Positions 1 to 11,900 of a stretch of 64,000 bases of DNA are shown here, piece after piece. Position 1 is the stretch's first letter, and each line of letters starts with the position of its first letter. The position numbers were made by a program, and so were the translations under genes. The stretch is taken from NCBI GenBank assembly GCA_037447605.1, contig CM074807.1, positions 3,608,829-3,672,828 of the forward strand. Direction: 5' to 3'. The stretch is from Zygnema circumcarinatum SAG 698-1b. Its lineage: Eukaryota > Plantae > Zygnematophyceae. The notes under the pieces were generated by a model. It worked only from the letters and a program-made list of their open reading frames with translations, was not told the origin of the DNA and did not search any database.

Positions 1-168
1 TCCTTGCATTGCCATTTCACCGATGCAAGGAACAAGTAACCATTCGATCCCCTGAGAGCAATTACCTTCATCTCGCCCTCCTCCCTCTTTCTATCCCTTC
101 TCCTTGCTTCTCCTTTCGCCTTGCCTCACAATCTCTCTCTTCCCAATGCTCCTTCTCCCTCACCATTT

Positions 169-1326
169 TCAAGACCCTCTTCTCCCATGCCTCCTCACTC
201 TTTCTGCCTCTCCTCTTCCCATTTTCCCTCTCTCAGGGGCGTGGACCATTGTGAATCCAACATCCCAACCAATGTGCACATCATGTCTCTGTAGCTTTCC
301 GACCTCCTTGAATGCAAAAAGGACAAGAGAAAAACAAAGGGAGGGTGGGCATTCGGCTCTAACATTGTTTGCAAGGCGAAAGCTTTTCTTCTCACTCCAT
401 GTAGAGAAGCTGGGCGCCGATTTCTCCTCCCGTTCTGCTTCCGTTTTCCGCCAAAATACGAACAATGCATTCGTAATTATAAGAGCAGCGACGACAAGGC
501 GGCCCCAATCCCTATGAGTTCCTCCAAACCCCTTCTTCACCTCTTTCTCGACCGCTCGAGCCTTTGCAGAAGTGCCCACCTTCCATTGATCCTTGGCATC
601 TCTATCCTGCGCCGCCTGCCATGACCGCCACATTGCGCCCTGCGGGCCCTCCACCCTAATCCTGAAGTCTCGCACATGAGCGTGCCAACTGAAACCCTAA
701 AAAATCCGATTTTTTACGCCGTCATTCAGCCAGCCCTAAATCTCTACATTCTACCAGGAGAGAGGCCTCCCATTCTTCCCGGCATAAGTAAGAGACCTGA
801 GCGAAGAAGTGGACCCATGTACCAACCCTAAAGCCGCTTGTTCTTTACTTCCAAGTCCCTATTCTCTCTCGTTTTGCGAGCCAACGGTTCCCTGTGCTTG
901 TGGCGGGTGGCGGTGGACCTGTACGGACATGTCTCGCACGGTACAGTACTTTGTTAAACTTTACGGATGCAGATTTGTGGGTCTCTATGCTCGAACAGAT
1001 TTCATAATTTGTTACATTTGAATGGCTTTAGTGATTGACTTTGCTGCTCATGCTGCTGTGCACAGAGAGGACTGCGAGGAGGGAGCCTCTGCCAAGAGCA
1101 GCTGCAATGATAGGCGGCTTCTCGTGGGCATACATATGAAAGCTAGTGACGGTGAATGCAGACATCGCTAAGCTTTCTTCATTGCAGTTTGGTCGACAGA
1201 TTGGCCTGATACATTCACAGCCTCCAAGCCTGACACTGAGACAAGTAGGTGGCACTGCTAAACCGTAATTGGCTCAGATCTTAACAATTTACAATCTGCA
1301 TCCCACAAGAGGACGCACTGACTCTC
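169..1326 (-). CDS. Possible multi-exon gene of unknown function with a hydrophobic segment; 5' end and true structure unresolved
   Basis: ORF 169-675 contains GRLVVAALIITNALFVFWRK (TM-like). Several upstream GT-AG-bounded segments (from 1326-1293 and 1235-1134 down to ~690) chain in frame, but some implied introns are only ~32-66 nt, so the chain may be partly chance. Confidence 0.25.
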
Positions 1327-1568
1327 CTGAGCATTCTAACAATATTATTCCCTTTATTAAATATAACAAAACGACACTCCTTCACTAAACCAAAGACTAG
1401 CTCCAATCATCATAAACTCTGAGAGGAAGATTACGCCGTCTTCAGAGAAGTAGCCGTTCCCACACCCTGATAAAACTCTTTGTAATAGCACAGAGTAACC
1501 CAGAGCTACCCTACCCCGCTGATAGCTGATTTGCGAGAAGCATCATATCCCTTGCAGAGCACTATTCC

Positions 1569-4226
1569 TCAATACCGTACTCTCCACCCACATGTGAACA
1601 GTTGAGGCTGATTGTCTCGCACAAGGAATACAGCTCCTTGCCGAACCTTCACGTTGAAATTTCCCTCGTAACGAGTGACTAACTGTTGCAGGTTATCGAC
1701 TATTCTATGGGATGGCGGTTCAACTGTGAACCCAGCATCCCACATTTGGCTGCACCATCCTTCCAGCAATTGGATCCTGTATACTCGTTGTAGTCCGTCA
1801 CAGCTGATTACATTTTGAAAGTGTAAAGCAACATACTGCTCCACAACCTGTCGGTTTAGATCGGCGCGAGAATAGGAAGGCTCCAAGGCTTCACAAAAGC
1901 TGTGGAAATTGTCCAGAGATTCCCTGAAGCGTAACAGGAAAAAAGGTCCGCTCACATTGCATTCATCCTCAGACATTACCAGCAATCGCGGTCTGAGCCT
2001 CTGCAACATCTGTACCCGCAAAGGGAATCAATTTTCACAGTCAGAGTTTACCCAAGTCTGCAAGGTTCCCTTCCCTAGATCAACTTCCTCTTCAGGGCAG
2101 GAAAAACACAGACACAAAGACTGCCCAGGAGTACTTGCTATCTTTGCTATAAGAAAACAACGATGACTCCTCCCATTGAATGCATTGTGAAACGGGCAGC
2201 ATCTGAGAACTACCCCATACAAGTGCTGGCGAGGTTGTTAAAGATCAGTCTGCAGTATATGCGTCTTAGAACTTGCAGTTACTTTCTATGAGCCATCGAA
2301 ATGAAAATAGCAGTCAGCTAGACTTACCTACGTTAGCAACCGTTTATTATCTTCTATGCTATTTTGCCACTTCCGTGTTCACATTGAAACCCACCTGCAG
2401 AAACCTGCCTCGTGGGTCCGACCGTAGAACAGAACTGTCAAAAAGCTTCTGCAGCTGCAATGTGCAGCAGAAAGCAAGGGCCTCCTCTGCCCTTAAGCTC
2501 AACAGAGAAGGCTGAAGCTGCTCAAAGGGGCAGATCACTTCTTGCCACTCAAAAGGGACCCCCAACAAGCGAGCTTTCTTATGAAGTTCTGACTCCATAT
2601 TTGCCGAAGCTAATCCTAGCATGGGGTCGTGAGTATCTGGATTCCGTACAGTTGTGAGTCTGACATGCGGAGGTCCTCTAGGCCACCTGGCCACATAGGA
2701 AAGAAAGTCGACCCATTGCCCAACGAACCTCCCAAAGTCAACAATGTGGATTCTGGTTTCTCCTTCCAAAGCCTCCAGAAGCATCTGATTTGAAGCACTC
2801 GTCATAAATGGGACAAACGGAGTCGTGTAAGTGAACTCTCCCAAGGCTTTCAAAAACGTCTGCAACACCATTTGATTGCGGGACCTGATGAGAATGTGCA
2901 GAGGAGAGGTGCGTACGGATTTGGAGTGTATCTTCAAAGATCGAGGATAGCCGGTCTGCTATTGCTTCTGCAAATGGCTTGCAATTTGCTTCTTGGACTC
3001 ACCTCTGTTGTCCAAGGTCTATTGAGCAGCTTCCACCCGGAACCCGCCATTCGCGCATGAATTGCTTCAAGAGCATAGAAAGCCACCCTCTGCATCGGGT
3101 CACCTCGTATGCTGCTCTCCTCTCTTAATAATGGGAGAACTTGTTGAATCATATCCTGCATGTTTCCATTCCCAAAACTGTCAAGCAAACTGGCAATGGC
3201 TTTAAGCAATTGCGGCTAGAGATAGAGGCACTGCTAAGTGGTCCTGGGAGTGCCAATACACTGGAGTAGATCAAGCCCCAGAATGGATCAAGCATAAGTT
3301 TCAAACCAAAAGAAGAGTTACAACACGTCACGCACCACATTATCAGTGGCAACTGCTTCTGCAAACTCCAACAGGTGGTTGCGTAGTCGTTCTGAATTGA
3401 ACTTCATGGGACGCTCTACAGAATGCATGCTTGTTGGCAACAATGACCCGTGATGCGAAGATACGAAAGTGTTCCCTTGTACCATGTTAGGATACTTTGT
3501 AGCACCGAGATTCGCCGAAGGACGAACAAAAGCGTTTGGAATGCTTGAATGTTCTTTCACGAAAGGGGACAAACCCTCGTGGCCGAGGTCAAGAACGGTT
3601 GTCAAATATCCGTTTGCATTAGACTTGTTCATCTGGAACAAGGTTGAAGTTCGAGGCCTCTTTTGCTCATTAGGAAGTCGGACATGAGTTACATTTTGTT
3701 CGACCAAAGCCTTCAGTCGTGACTTGAGATCAATGGGCTTACTTATCACATTCTCCGGAAGCATACCTTGCTGTACGCAAATCGATTCTTTTTGGTGATG
3801 ATCTTCATGAAAGTTTAGTCTGAACGGGGGAGAGCCACCAGATACTATGCGGTTATCTGGTCCGGCATTGCCCATTGTATGAGGACCAATGCTCCTTGGT
3901 TCATCACTTTGCAATATCTCTTCACCATTTCCTCCTGCCTTTCCCTCCAGCCACTCAAGGCCGGGCGTACCGTTTAAGTCTGCCTCCAAATCAGGAAATT
4001 TCAAGTCGGTTGGGTCCGGAAATGCCTCATCTTTTTGACGCATACCAAGACCTTCTTCCGATACGTTATCATCTAAAATCCAGCTAAGGGAACTATCAGA
4101 CTCAAATAAACCTTCTAGCGAGTTGCTGTCATTTTTGCAAAGTAGGGCTGAAGCAAATCTGGGCAGTTCTTCTGAATGAATGTGTGCGACCACGTCCAAG
4201 TCTTCCAAGCAGTTATCGAACTCCAT
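1569..4226 (-). CDS. GRAS family transcription factor (paralogue 1); an additional 5' exon is possible
   Basis: Predicted exons: 4226-3336 (ends RNHLLEFAEAVATDNV), ~3155-3003 (MQRVAFYALEAIHARM), ~2860-2392 (IHIVDFG VHIID motif, GPPHVRLT, SVLRSDPRGRFLQ), ~2012-1569 (SGPFFLLRFRESL, ends TCGW = SAW motif). Introns are GT-AG, phase 0. Confidence 0.93.
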
Positions 4227-4814
4227 AAACGGGGAGGACGACGAAGCTTCGCCTGCTCCTTCTCGTGAGCATAAGCGCTAAAGTGCCAAAAGAAAACATG
4301 AACAAAGTTAAGAAAGGGAGCTATCAAGCACACATTGACAGAGCACATTATAGAGTGAATAGCTTGAAAACAAACTTCGCAGACGCTTGCGAGACCTTCA
4401 AAACTTTCAAACATTTTTCGATAGAGTTGATGCATCTGTTGACGCGCAGTTGCAGAATCCTGAAGGGTCCTTAAGAATGCAGGAGCGTCCACATGCTGAA
4501 GCAAACTCCATGCCGTACATACAGAAGAAAAAGCTACTATCTGCATACCACAATTCCGTCTTCAAGCATCGATGCGAAACGTTTCCAACATCATCAAAGC
4601 CTGCTGTTCAGCAAGATACGTCCCCTGCTCCTTTGCTTGCTTGCTTCTTGCTCCTTCCTTGATCATATATCGTGGCCTGTTCTTCTACTCCGCCATTTGC
4701 CCTATTTTTGTTTTCATCACAGAGTTATCTTCTCAGCAGTCACCACATGGCCATGCCCATACAAGGAACGCGTCATTCCGCTCCATGGCGGCCATGGTTA
4801 TGGTATGTTCCGTG

Positions 4815-5690
4815 TCTCAGTTCCAGACCCGTTCCAGTTCCAGTTAAATTATCATTTCAATTCCCGTTCCCGATTCGTTCCCGTTACAACTCCCGTTACG
4901 ATTCCAGTCCAAATTTGTCACGCCGTTCTAGTTCCAGTTCCACGACCTTTGAGCTCTTTGAGTCCAGTTGCACTACAATCGCAGCTAGTTCTGTTTCCAG
5001 TTCACCAAATCCAGTTTCAGTTCCAGTTCCACAGAAAGATGATAACCAGTTTTATTCCGGCTAAACTAGGGCGTGTCAGACTTAAAAAATTCTCGTAATA
5101 CTAAAAACTCGATATTCGTAACATTTCGAGTCAACGTCAGTAAAACTAAAATTCCCGAGCGTAGTTTTTCGCACTCGCGGCGCGGTCCTGTTCGCACTCC
5201 GCGATCGCCGTCTTCGCACTTCTCCAAACGCCGCCTTCGCAACTTCGCCCTCGCGCGGGGCCCTCAGACTTAGAAACAGCGCCGGCGCGGCGCGCGGAGA
5301 CCGCTTGTCGGTGTGTCGTGTTGCGCGTCACGGGCGGGCGCGGGCGCGGGCGGGAAGCCGGGAAAACAACCATGACGTCACGTTGACGCGATTTTCGCCA
5401 GTATTTTCTTCGCACGTCCATTTCGGCGCCTCTTTTGGGTGCGAACAAAATCGTGCGAAGAAATGCAATTTCAGTAAACCCCACGGGTCAATCTTCGCAA
5501 CGTTGACCCGTTGACTTAGCACAGTTGACTTCCGTTCGGTTCGGTTTAGGTTCGGGGGCGCGATGATTTTTAGTACTTAGTAACCTCGATTCTCGTAATA
5601 CTAAAAACTCGATATTCGTAACATTTTGTTAAGTCTGACACGCCCTACTGTCGTTCCAGTTACAGTTCCAGTTCCAAATCCAGTTCCTCA
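4815..5690. repeat. Array of CCAGTT/CCCGTT short motifs on both sides of the MITE; possible older DNA-transposon subterminal repeats
   Basis: Many ttccagtt/tcccgtt units at 4815-5030 and again at 5652-5690. No outer TIR or TSD identified. Confidence 0.4.
5067..5647. mobile_element. Non-autonomous DNA transposon (MITE), 581 bp
   Basis: Perfect 19-bp inverted termini TAGGGCGTGTCAGACTTAA (5067-5085) / TTAAGTCTGACACGCCCTA (5629-5647). GC-rich interior with no convincing ORF. The terminal TA could be a TA target-site duplication; no 8-bp TSD is present. Confidence 0.75.
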
Positions 5691-7050
5691 CGCGGCCCGT
5701 TTCCCGCGCCGAAAGACGGCGGCCCGTCGGGGACGGTCGGCCGTGCTCGCGGCCACTGCGCGCCGTAGTTCGTGGAGGGCGGGAGGGAGGGGGGGAGGTG
5801 AGGGAGGGGAGGGGAGGGAGGGAGGGAGGGAGGGGGGGAGGGAGGGAGGGAGGGGGGGAGGGAAGGAGGGAGGGGGGGAGGGAGGCCAAAGCGAAGGAAT
5901 GGCTCGGACTCTGCCGCGCCTTTCCGCGCCTCTCCATTATATTATTATAGTGGATTAATAATGATAAGAAATAATAATATGATAATCCTGTAATGCTTCG
6001 CGAAGCAGCCATATATCATACCCAGCCTTTTTTCGACACGTTCAGGCACATGCTTGCAGCGTTACCTGAATCAAACCCGCCATTTGACAAGTCTCCTTCC
6101 AATTTCTTGACAGAACTCGTCATTTCCGTATGATACCCACCGTGTGTTCACTAAAAAATGACTCATTTAATACCGTCGATAAATTGCGCGCAGTCGTCAT
6201 GATACATATGATAGTATTTCAAATTTTCAGAAATCCAAACAACGACAAAACTCAACATTCCACTTTCAACGTTTTCAGTTTCATATTTGTTTTTGAATTT
6301 GAAAAAGGTAGTATGAATTCAGTGTCTGCAACCCATGATACATGTAAGATAGATAGCAGAAGATTGGGTCAGATCACATGGCTGCTACAGTGCATCCAAT
6401 TCTCCCAATAAGACCATTCATAACAAAGCGCAATATTCATATTCGCATGTGAAAAGAAATTCGATCGTTTACAGCTCAAGTTTCAACCTCTGCTCAAACA
6501 CTTTCGCACGCCATCTGCACTGTGAACTCTAACTGCCAAAATTGTGGACTGACGTCCAGTCCAAACCAAAAACATGCATCCGCCTGCATCTCCCATTGAC
6601 CTTTCACCAGTGGTCGCCTGCAACTGGTCACTCCGTTGCAGGATAAGCAGATATTGCGTCCATGGCCATGTCTGCATTATCATTCGCTGTGCTCCATGTC
6701 ATGCTGCATCGTTCTCACGTGTAACATGTGATCACTGCCATCCCAATGATCCAGAGGAAGCCGATGTTATCAATACGTACAAAGGCCTCAGTTAGGTCAT
6801 CGCAGGAATAAGGGACGCAATGCGGACAAGCCAAGAACGAAGCAAAGCACTGGACTGACAACTGACAGAACCAGGGGCGAGATGAAGCGTGCTGCCAAGA
6901 GAATTTCAATCCATTCTACATTGCAACAATACACACTTCTATTCACAAGTTGGATCAACAGATTCTTGGGTATACTGGATGTAAGGCCCAGAACACAAGG
7001 TTTGCTGAACAGAAGGGTTTGCGAGCAACCGCACTGCCATTGAGACTTAC

Positions 7051-7774
7051 CAGCTTCTTGTACATAAGTTGTCCAGGTCTCCTGACAGCAATGGACCAAC
7101 TCTTTTTCAAGCTGCAAGTATTGTCGGTGGGATTGTAGACGACAAAAGCGCAGGTATCGTCCGTAACACACTGTACGGCGCAGGGCTTCCCAGTGCCTTC
7201 GGCATCCAGAGTCACAATATTGCCACCGCCATATCGACCGGTGTCAAGAAGAGGGGCAGAGTAGAGACCTGCAAACGAGTACAACGAGCAAAATGGTGAG
7301 TACCCTGCAGCTGGAAATACAAGGACACTTTCAAATACCCGAGAGAAGAACAACTAGAAAGAACTTCAGTCCCAATTCACCTTCAGGACTAATCACAATA
7401 GTTTCAATAACCTACGTTACTTGTCTACGCTTAATCAAGTCGCTATCGTCTATACGAAACAACATAAACATAGACTCCGTCAATGAATAAAAACTTCTGG
7501 CAATTGAAGAAAAAAATTGGCCAAGACTTACTGAATGGATCTTTCACGAATGTCGTCACCACAGAAGAGCTAGCTCGCCGTTTTGTCACAGGACTGCCCA
7601 TAAAAGTACAAGTTCCAACGATTGCACTTGTTCTTGACAAAACGAACGCAATACAGTCAGCATCTGCGAAGCAAGTAACAGCGCATACATCTGCCGTTTG
7701 TGTCCCCTGGTCATAAAGGATTTGCGCCTGCAGGTTGATTTTGTCAAATCTCGTGAACGACGCTAGCACTGCGG
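7051..7774 (-). CDS. Two PAN/Apple-like module exons (7774-7532, 7268-7051), most likely the C-terminal part of the upstream nuclease gene
   Basis: CAVTCFADADCIAFVLS...GTCTF and CAVQCVTDDTCAFVVYNPTDNTCSLK follow the PAN C-x3-C-x5-C-x-(A)F...C pattern. Canonical GTAAGT donors at 7531 and 7050; pyrimidine-rich (T)GCAG acceptors. Confidence 0.72.
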
Positions 7775-8571
7775 CTGCAAGCGAGAGAGTGCCAGCCACC
7801 GAACCATGGAAAGAGTCAGAAAATATCCTTTGATAAATGCAACACAACCATCCAAGAACCAATAGAAGAACAATTCTCATGGGCATGAAAAGTAATTTCA
7901 AAATCAGTTCATTTTCGCATGAATGATTTCAACATGCAATGGTTATGCTCTTACCATCACAACGACACATGAAACTGTCCGACATATGTAATAAATAAAC
8001 ATAAAAAATCATGGAGCATAATGGCATAGCTATACCATAGCATAGCATCAATGGCATCTATCACTGGCAAATGGCTAACTATGTGTTGCCATGAGGAGGC
8101 CTAACATCGTCCCATTCACGAACCCTTGTTTTAGCACATGGCTGAGAAATTTCTCGACTATGGCGGCTGCGTAAGCGGCAGCCCTAGGAGGGACAGGATG
8201 GCGGAGTTTTGCGGCTGAGGAAAAGTGGCAGACCCCGACAGGATTGCGGGGCGTTCCAACTATTCCTCAGCCGTTAAGGTTGTATGAAAAAGTCAGCTCT
8301 GGTCAAATTTGACAAAGGCAAGCCATATTTTGACTAAATAAACTATACGACATATGTGAAATACACGAAAAAAAATAAAGGTGGAACTTCACAAATAATG
8401 CGGCGGAAAAAAATATAAGAGCGAAAAGAGTTTCAATTCAGGAAACTAAAAAAAATCATCTCCAATAGGATACACGTCAATCCTCTCAAAGGCTTGGCCT
8501 ATGAGATCATAATGCAACCTCACGTGAATCGCATATAGCAGCAAGCGAGCTGTGCGAATGATGGAACTTAC

Positions 8572-8931
8572 TGGGAGGTGGAGGAGGGGGGCTTGGGGGA
8601 GACGGGGGAGGAGGGCGGGGAGGCGGGGAACGAGGAGGTCGGGGAGGGGGGCGGAGAGGAGGGCGAGGAGGGGGTGAACGAGGAGGGGGGCGGGGAGAGG
8701 GGCTGGAAGGGGGGGAACGAGGAGGGGGACGAGTAGGCGGGCTTGGAGGGGGAGGGGTTGAGACCACGGGTGGAGGAGGGGTAGATACGGGGGGCGGCGA
8801 AGGAGGGGGAAGGCTAGGCGGCGAAGGAGGGGGAGGGCTAGGCGGCGAAGGAGGGGGAGGGGTAGGCGGCGAAGGAGGGGGAGGGCTAGGCGGCGAAGGA
8901 GGGGGGAGGCTCGGCGACGGCGGCGGCACCC
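8572..8931 (-). repeat. Coding Ser/Pro-rich tandem repeats (PPPSPPSP, PPRSPP), extensin/HRGP-like
   Basis: Repeated ggcggcgaaggagggggagggctag-type units on the + strand; a 360-nt exon flanked by phase-1 splice sites. Confidence 0.8.
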
Positions 8932-11900
8932 CTGTGGATGCAAATGGCAAGTGGTAAGCGCAGGTGCTTGAAATGCCAAAAGTATCCTAACCTTTTGAAA
9001 GTGACCAGGCAATGCATTTGAAGTACAGCGTGGGGCATGGCGACATTACCACTAGCAGTCACATATTTGATGCGGGCCACGGACGGGTCGTGGTCGGATG
9101 TCTGCTGGGTGTTGGGGAACTCTGAGTTGACGTGCACAACGTCAACGGCAGACACGCGGCTGAAGAGATGTTGGGACACAAGGATGGCGTCGAGCTCCTG
9201 GGAGTTCCCGTCAAATACATAGCTGTAGCGCTCTTGAGGGGAGAGGAGGGCCTCCGTCAAGTCCAGCAGCACCCCGCCGGCCTTCAGCGCCTGTGGGGGG
9301 ACGGCCCGCGGTGCAACCAACACACGCCACTCGTTCAGTACCCGCAACGCACTTGCCCTCTTCTCCCACTATTGCGTGGTCGCTAAATGACGTAACCATC
9401 CCATCCAACAACCCATGCTCCCACAAAGAGCCTAGCACAATAACCACGAGGCAATCACCAGCGGGCTGCAAGTACACAAACACTACTAACCAGGGACTTG
9501 TCACGCTTTCAATTGTGACAAAAAACAGCAGCCAAAGAAAAAAAACACACTCGATCCAAATAATCTTCAAACTAGACACTTTTGTTTATGAGGATAGGCG
9601 CGGACTCAAATCAGCCAAACAAAGCCTCTCGATAGAAACGCTAAAAGCAGTGCATAGGGGCGAGGCTGCCGCACCTGGATCGGATTAGACCACGAAAAGT
9701 CGTTCAAATCTCCCAACACCACAACATTAGCCGCCGGGTCAAGGGAGAGGACACTCGTCACGAAGCCGTTCACTATCTGCGCCTGCTTGAGGCGCTGCAC
9801 CTCGGAGTTCAGAACGGGGGGCTGCGCCATCCATCACCATCCCTTCACCGTCACCAAATCTCCCCCACCGCATGCATCCATGTGGACCCAACACTCCAAG
9901 CAGCTCTCCACTGTTGCACTTTGAGCGGGAGACGGGAACCTCACACTACTCGTCTCGTCCTGTCCATAGCGGACCAGAAAGTCATGGCCTCTCAGCACAA
10001 CAGAGAATGCAGGCTCAGAGCGCGCACCTGCGCTGTCCCATAAAGCGATGTGTCGCCTCCCTTGGAGTTGAAATGGTTGCAAACCACGAGCAGCTTTTCT
10101 CCGTTGACGAGGAACTCGCCGAGGAGAGGCTTTCTGGATGTGGTCCACGCCACGTCATTGGGATAGAGCCGGCCCGGACTCGCAGAAAGCTCCACGGTGC
10201 CGTCGGCGCCGAGCGCCCAAGATGTGTTGCTCGTTGCATTGCCTCCCGGCCGGTCCACAAACGTCACCTTGTCGGTTTGGTAAATAAAGACCTGCAACAA
10301 GCAAGTGCGGCGCAGAGGAGTCAAGAAAAGCGAAGAGCGAACAAACGAAAAGTAACAAAAAGAAATAAAAAGAAAAAGAGAAAAAAAAGAGCGGCATTAG
10401 ATGTTGCAATTGAAGTTTCCGCCCAATTCACAAGCGACCCAAACGCGACACGCTCAAAAAATTAAGCCAAGCCTTTTTCTTGATGCCTTTCCAACACCGA
10501 GTCTTTGCAGGTTCGATCCTTTGTTGTTAGGAGGGGTCAGATTGCCCACCTGACGAATGTCTCCACCCGGCTCTCCGCCATCTGTTCCCACTGTGGGCTT
10601 AATGTAGCGGTATACGTAGGTGGTGGGCCCGCCAGCAGCGACAATCGCCGCAATGAGCTTGTCAAGCACACCGTCAGATTCCGTGTTGTTGGTGGTGTTG
10701 AAGACGGTGTTTTGGATCTCCTCTGCACAAGAGAAGAGGAACTCAACAACGCGAGCAGTTAGTAGAGAGTAATCTAACGATTAACAAAAGCTTCTTTAGC
10801 CCTCCACATTGTTCAGCGCTGCAGCAGTCCGGCGATGTTTCAAGAAAAGTACCTGCGCAGAGAATATGAGGCGACCGCATGTTGTTGACCACTTGGCTGG
10901 CGATGGCATCAAACTTTGACTGGGGAGCGCGTCCTGTTTGTACCAAAGCAAGGAGCGAACCGGATGTCAGAACTCAACAGGGCGCAGCCATCACACAACT
11001 GCTGATGTACACACTCTCGATGTTTGTCTTCAGCCATCTCACATGCCAAGCAAGTCTTGTTTGACTCTTTCGAAGACATTAGGACACCCCTCCTCGTAGC
11101 GTGAGTGGGGCTTATACGTCTTGGTCTTGTCGGAATCGACTACGAGGTTGGAGAAGCTATATCAAGCGAGAATCTCACCTCCAAAGTTCTCCATGTTGAA
11201 TGTTCCGATCGTAAATTCGTTCGCCGCGGCGACCGAGGCCACTGACGCAACGGTGGAGCCGCGAACGATGGTGGGCTTTCCCGAGGTTATGTGCGCCCTG
11301 CACCATGGTTTGTGCCACGTAATACGAGTAGCAAATGTGGAAGGGTCAGTCCTAAAGCGTGGATATTTGATCGACTCCAATACACACCTAGGAAGGACCT
11401 TCCTTCTACCCGGTAGTCATTCAGACTTCTAAATGCCGGGACCCGATCCTCGCTATTGGGGCACTCACATGTAGTTGTTGAATTGGTAGTCCATGATGGC
11501 CGTCACAAGTCCGCTGTCAAGGGTATCTCCCACGATGCAATCGGGCATGGCCAGTCCGAGGCTAGCGTTGAAGAGCAGCTTGTCGGTGAGGTAGATGCGG
11601 GCCGGGTTGAACTGCGTGGCACTGATCACCACTCCGCCGTGCGCGCTTCGCAAAGTCGACCTGCAACACAGCGGCATTAACGCTGACGTCAGCACTGCAA
11701 CAGATCCAAGTGCAGCTTTCGGCCCTCAGCAGATAAACGCCGCTCCAATAGACGCACCCGGTGTTGCGGCCCCCGTCCGCAAGGACCACCACTTCTCCGT
11801 ATTGGCTTGTGCCACTCACACAAAACCTGCCACCCACTCACACCCGTATCAGCGACAACGCGTTAGACACACAGCTTGCACGACAAATTCTTTGGATTCT

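Noticed and set aside
4500-4790. Candidate first exon of GRAS1 (MAAMERNDAFL, similar to the GRAS3 start MAAME)
   Set aside because: It can be joined in phase 0, but several alternative donors and acceptors exist, so it is not supportable without transcripts.
5089-5626. 38-bp direct repeats as CRISPR repeats or LTRs
   Set aside because: There are only two copies, 500 bp apart inside TIRs, with no TG..CA ends, PBS or PPT.
6400-7050. Further nuclease exons or a GPI-anchor tail after PAN2
   Set aside because: A canonical donor exists at 7050, but several candidate acceptors give different short tails and none can be chosen from sequence alone.
7443-7901. ORF with an apparent signal peptide (MKLLFMPMRIVLLLVLG) as a stand-alone PAN gene
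   Set aside because: Disfavoured rather than excluded. The hydrophobic start could be T-rich intron sequence, and a strong phase-matched acceptor at 7775 links this exon to the nuclease.
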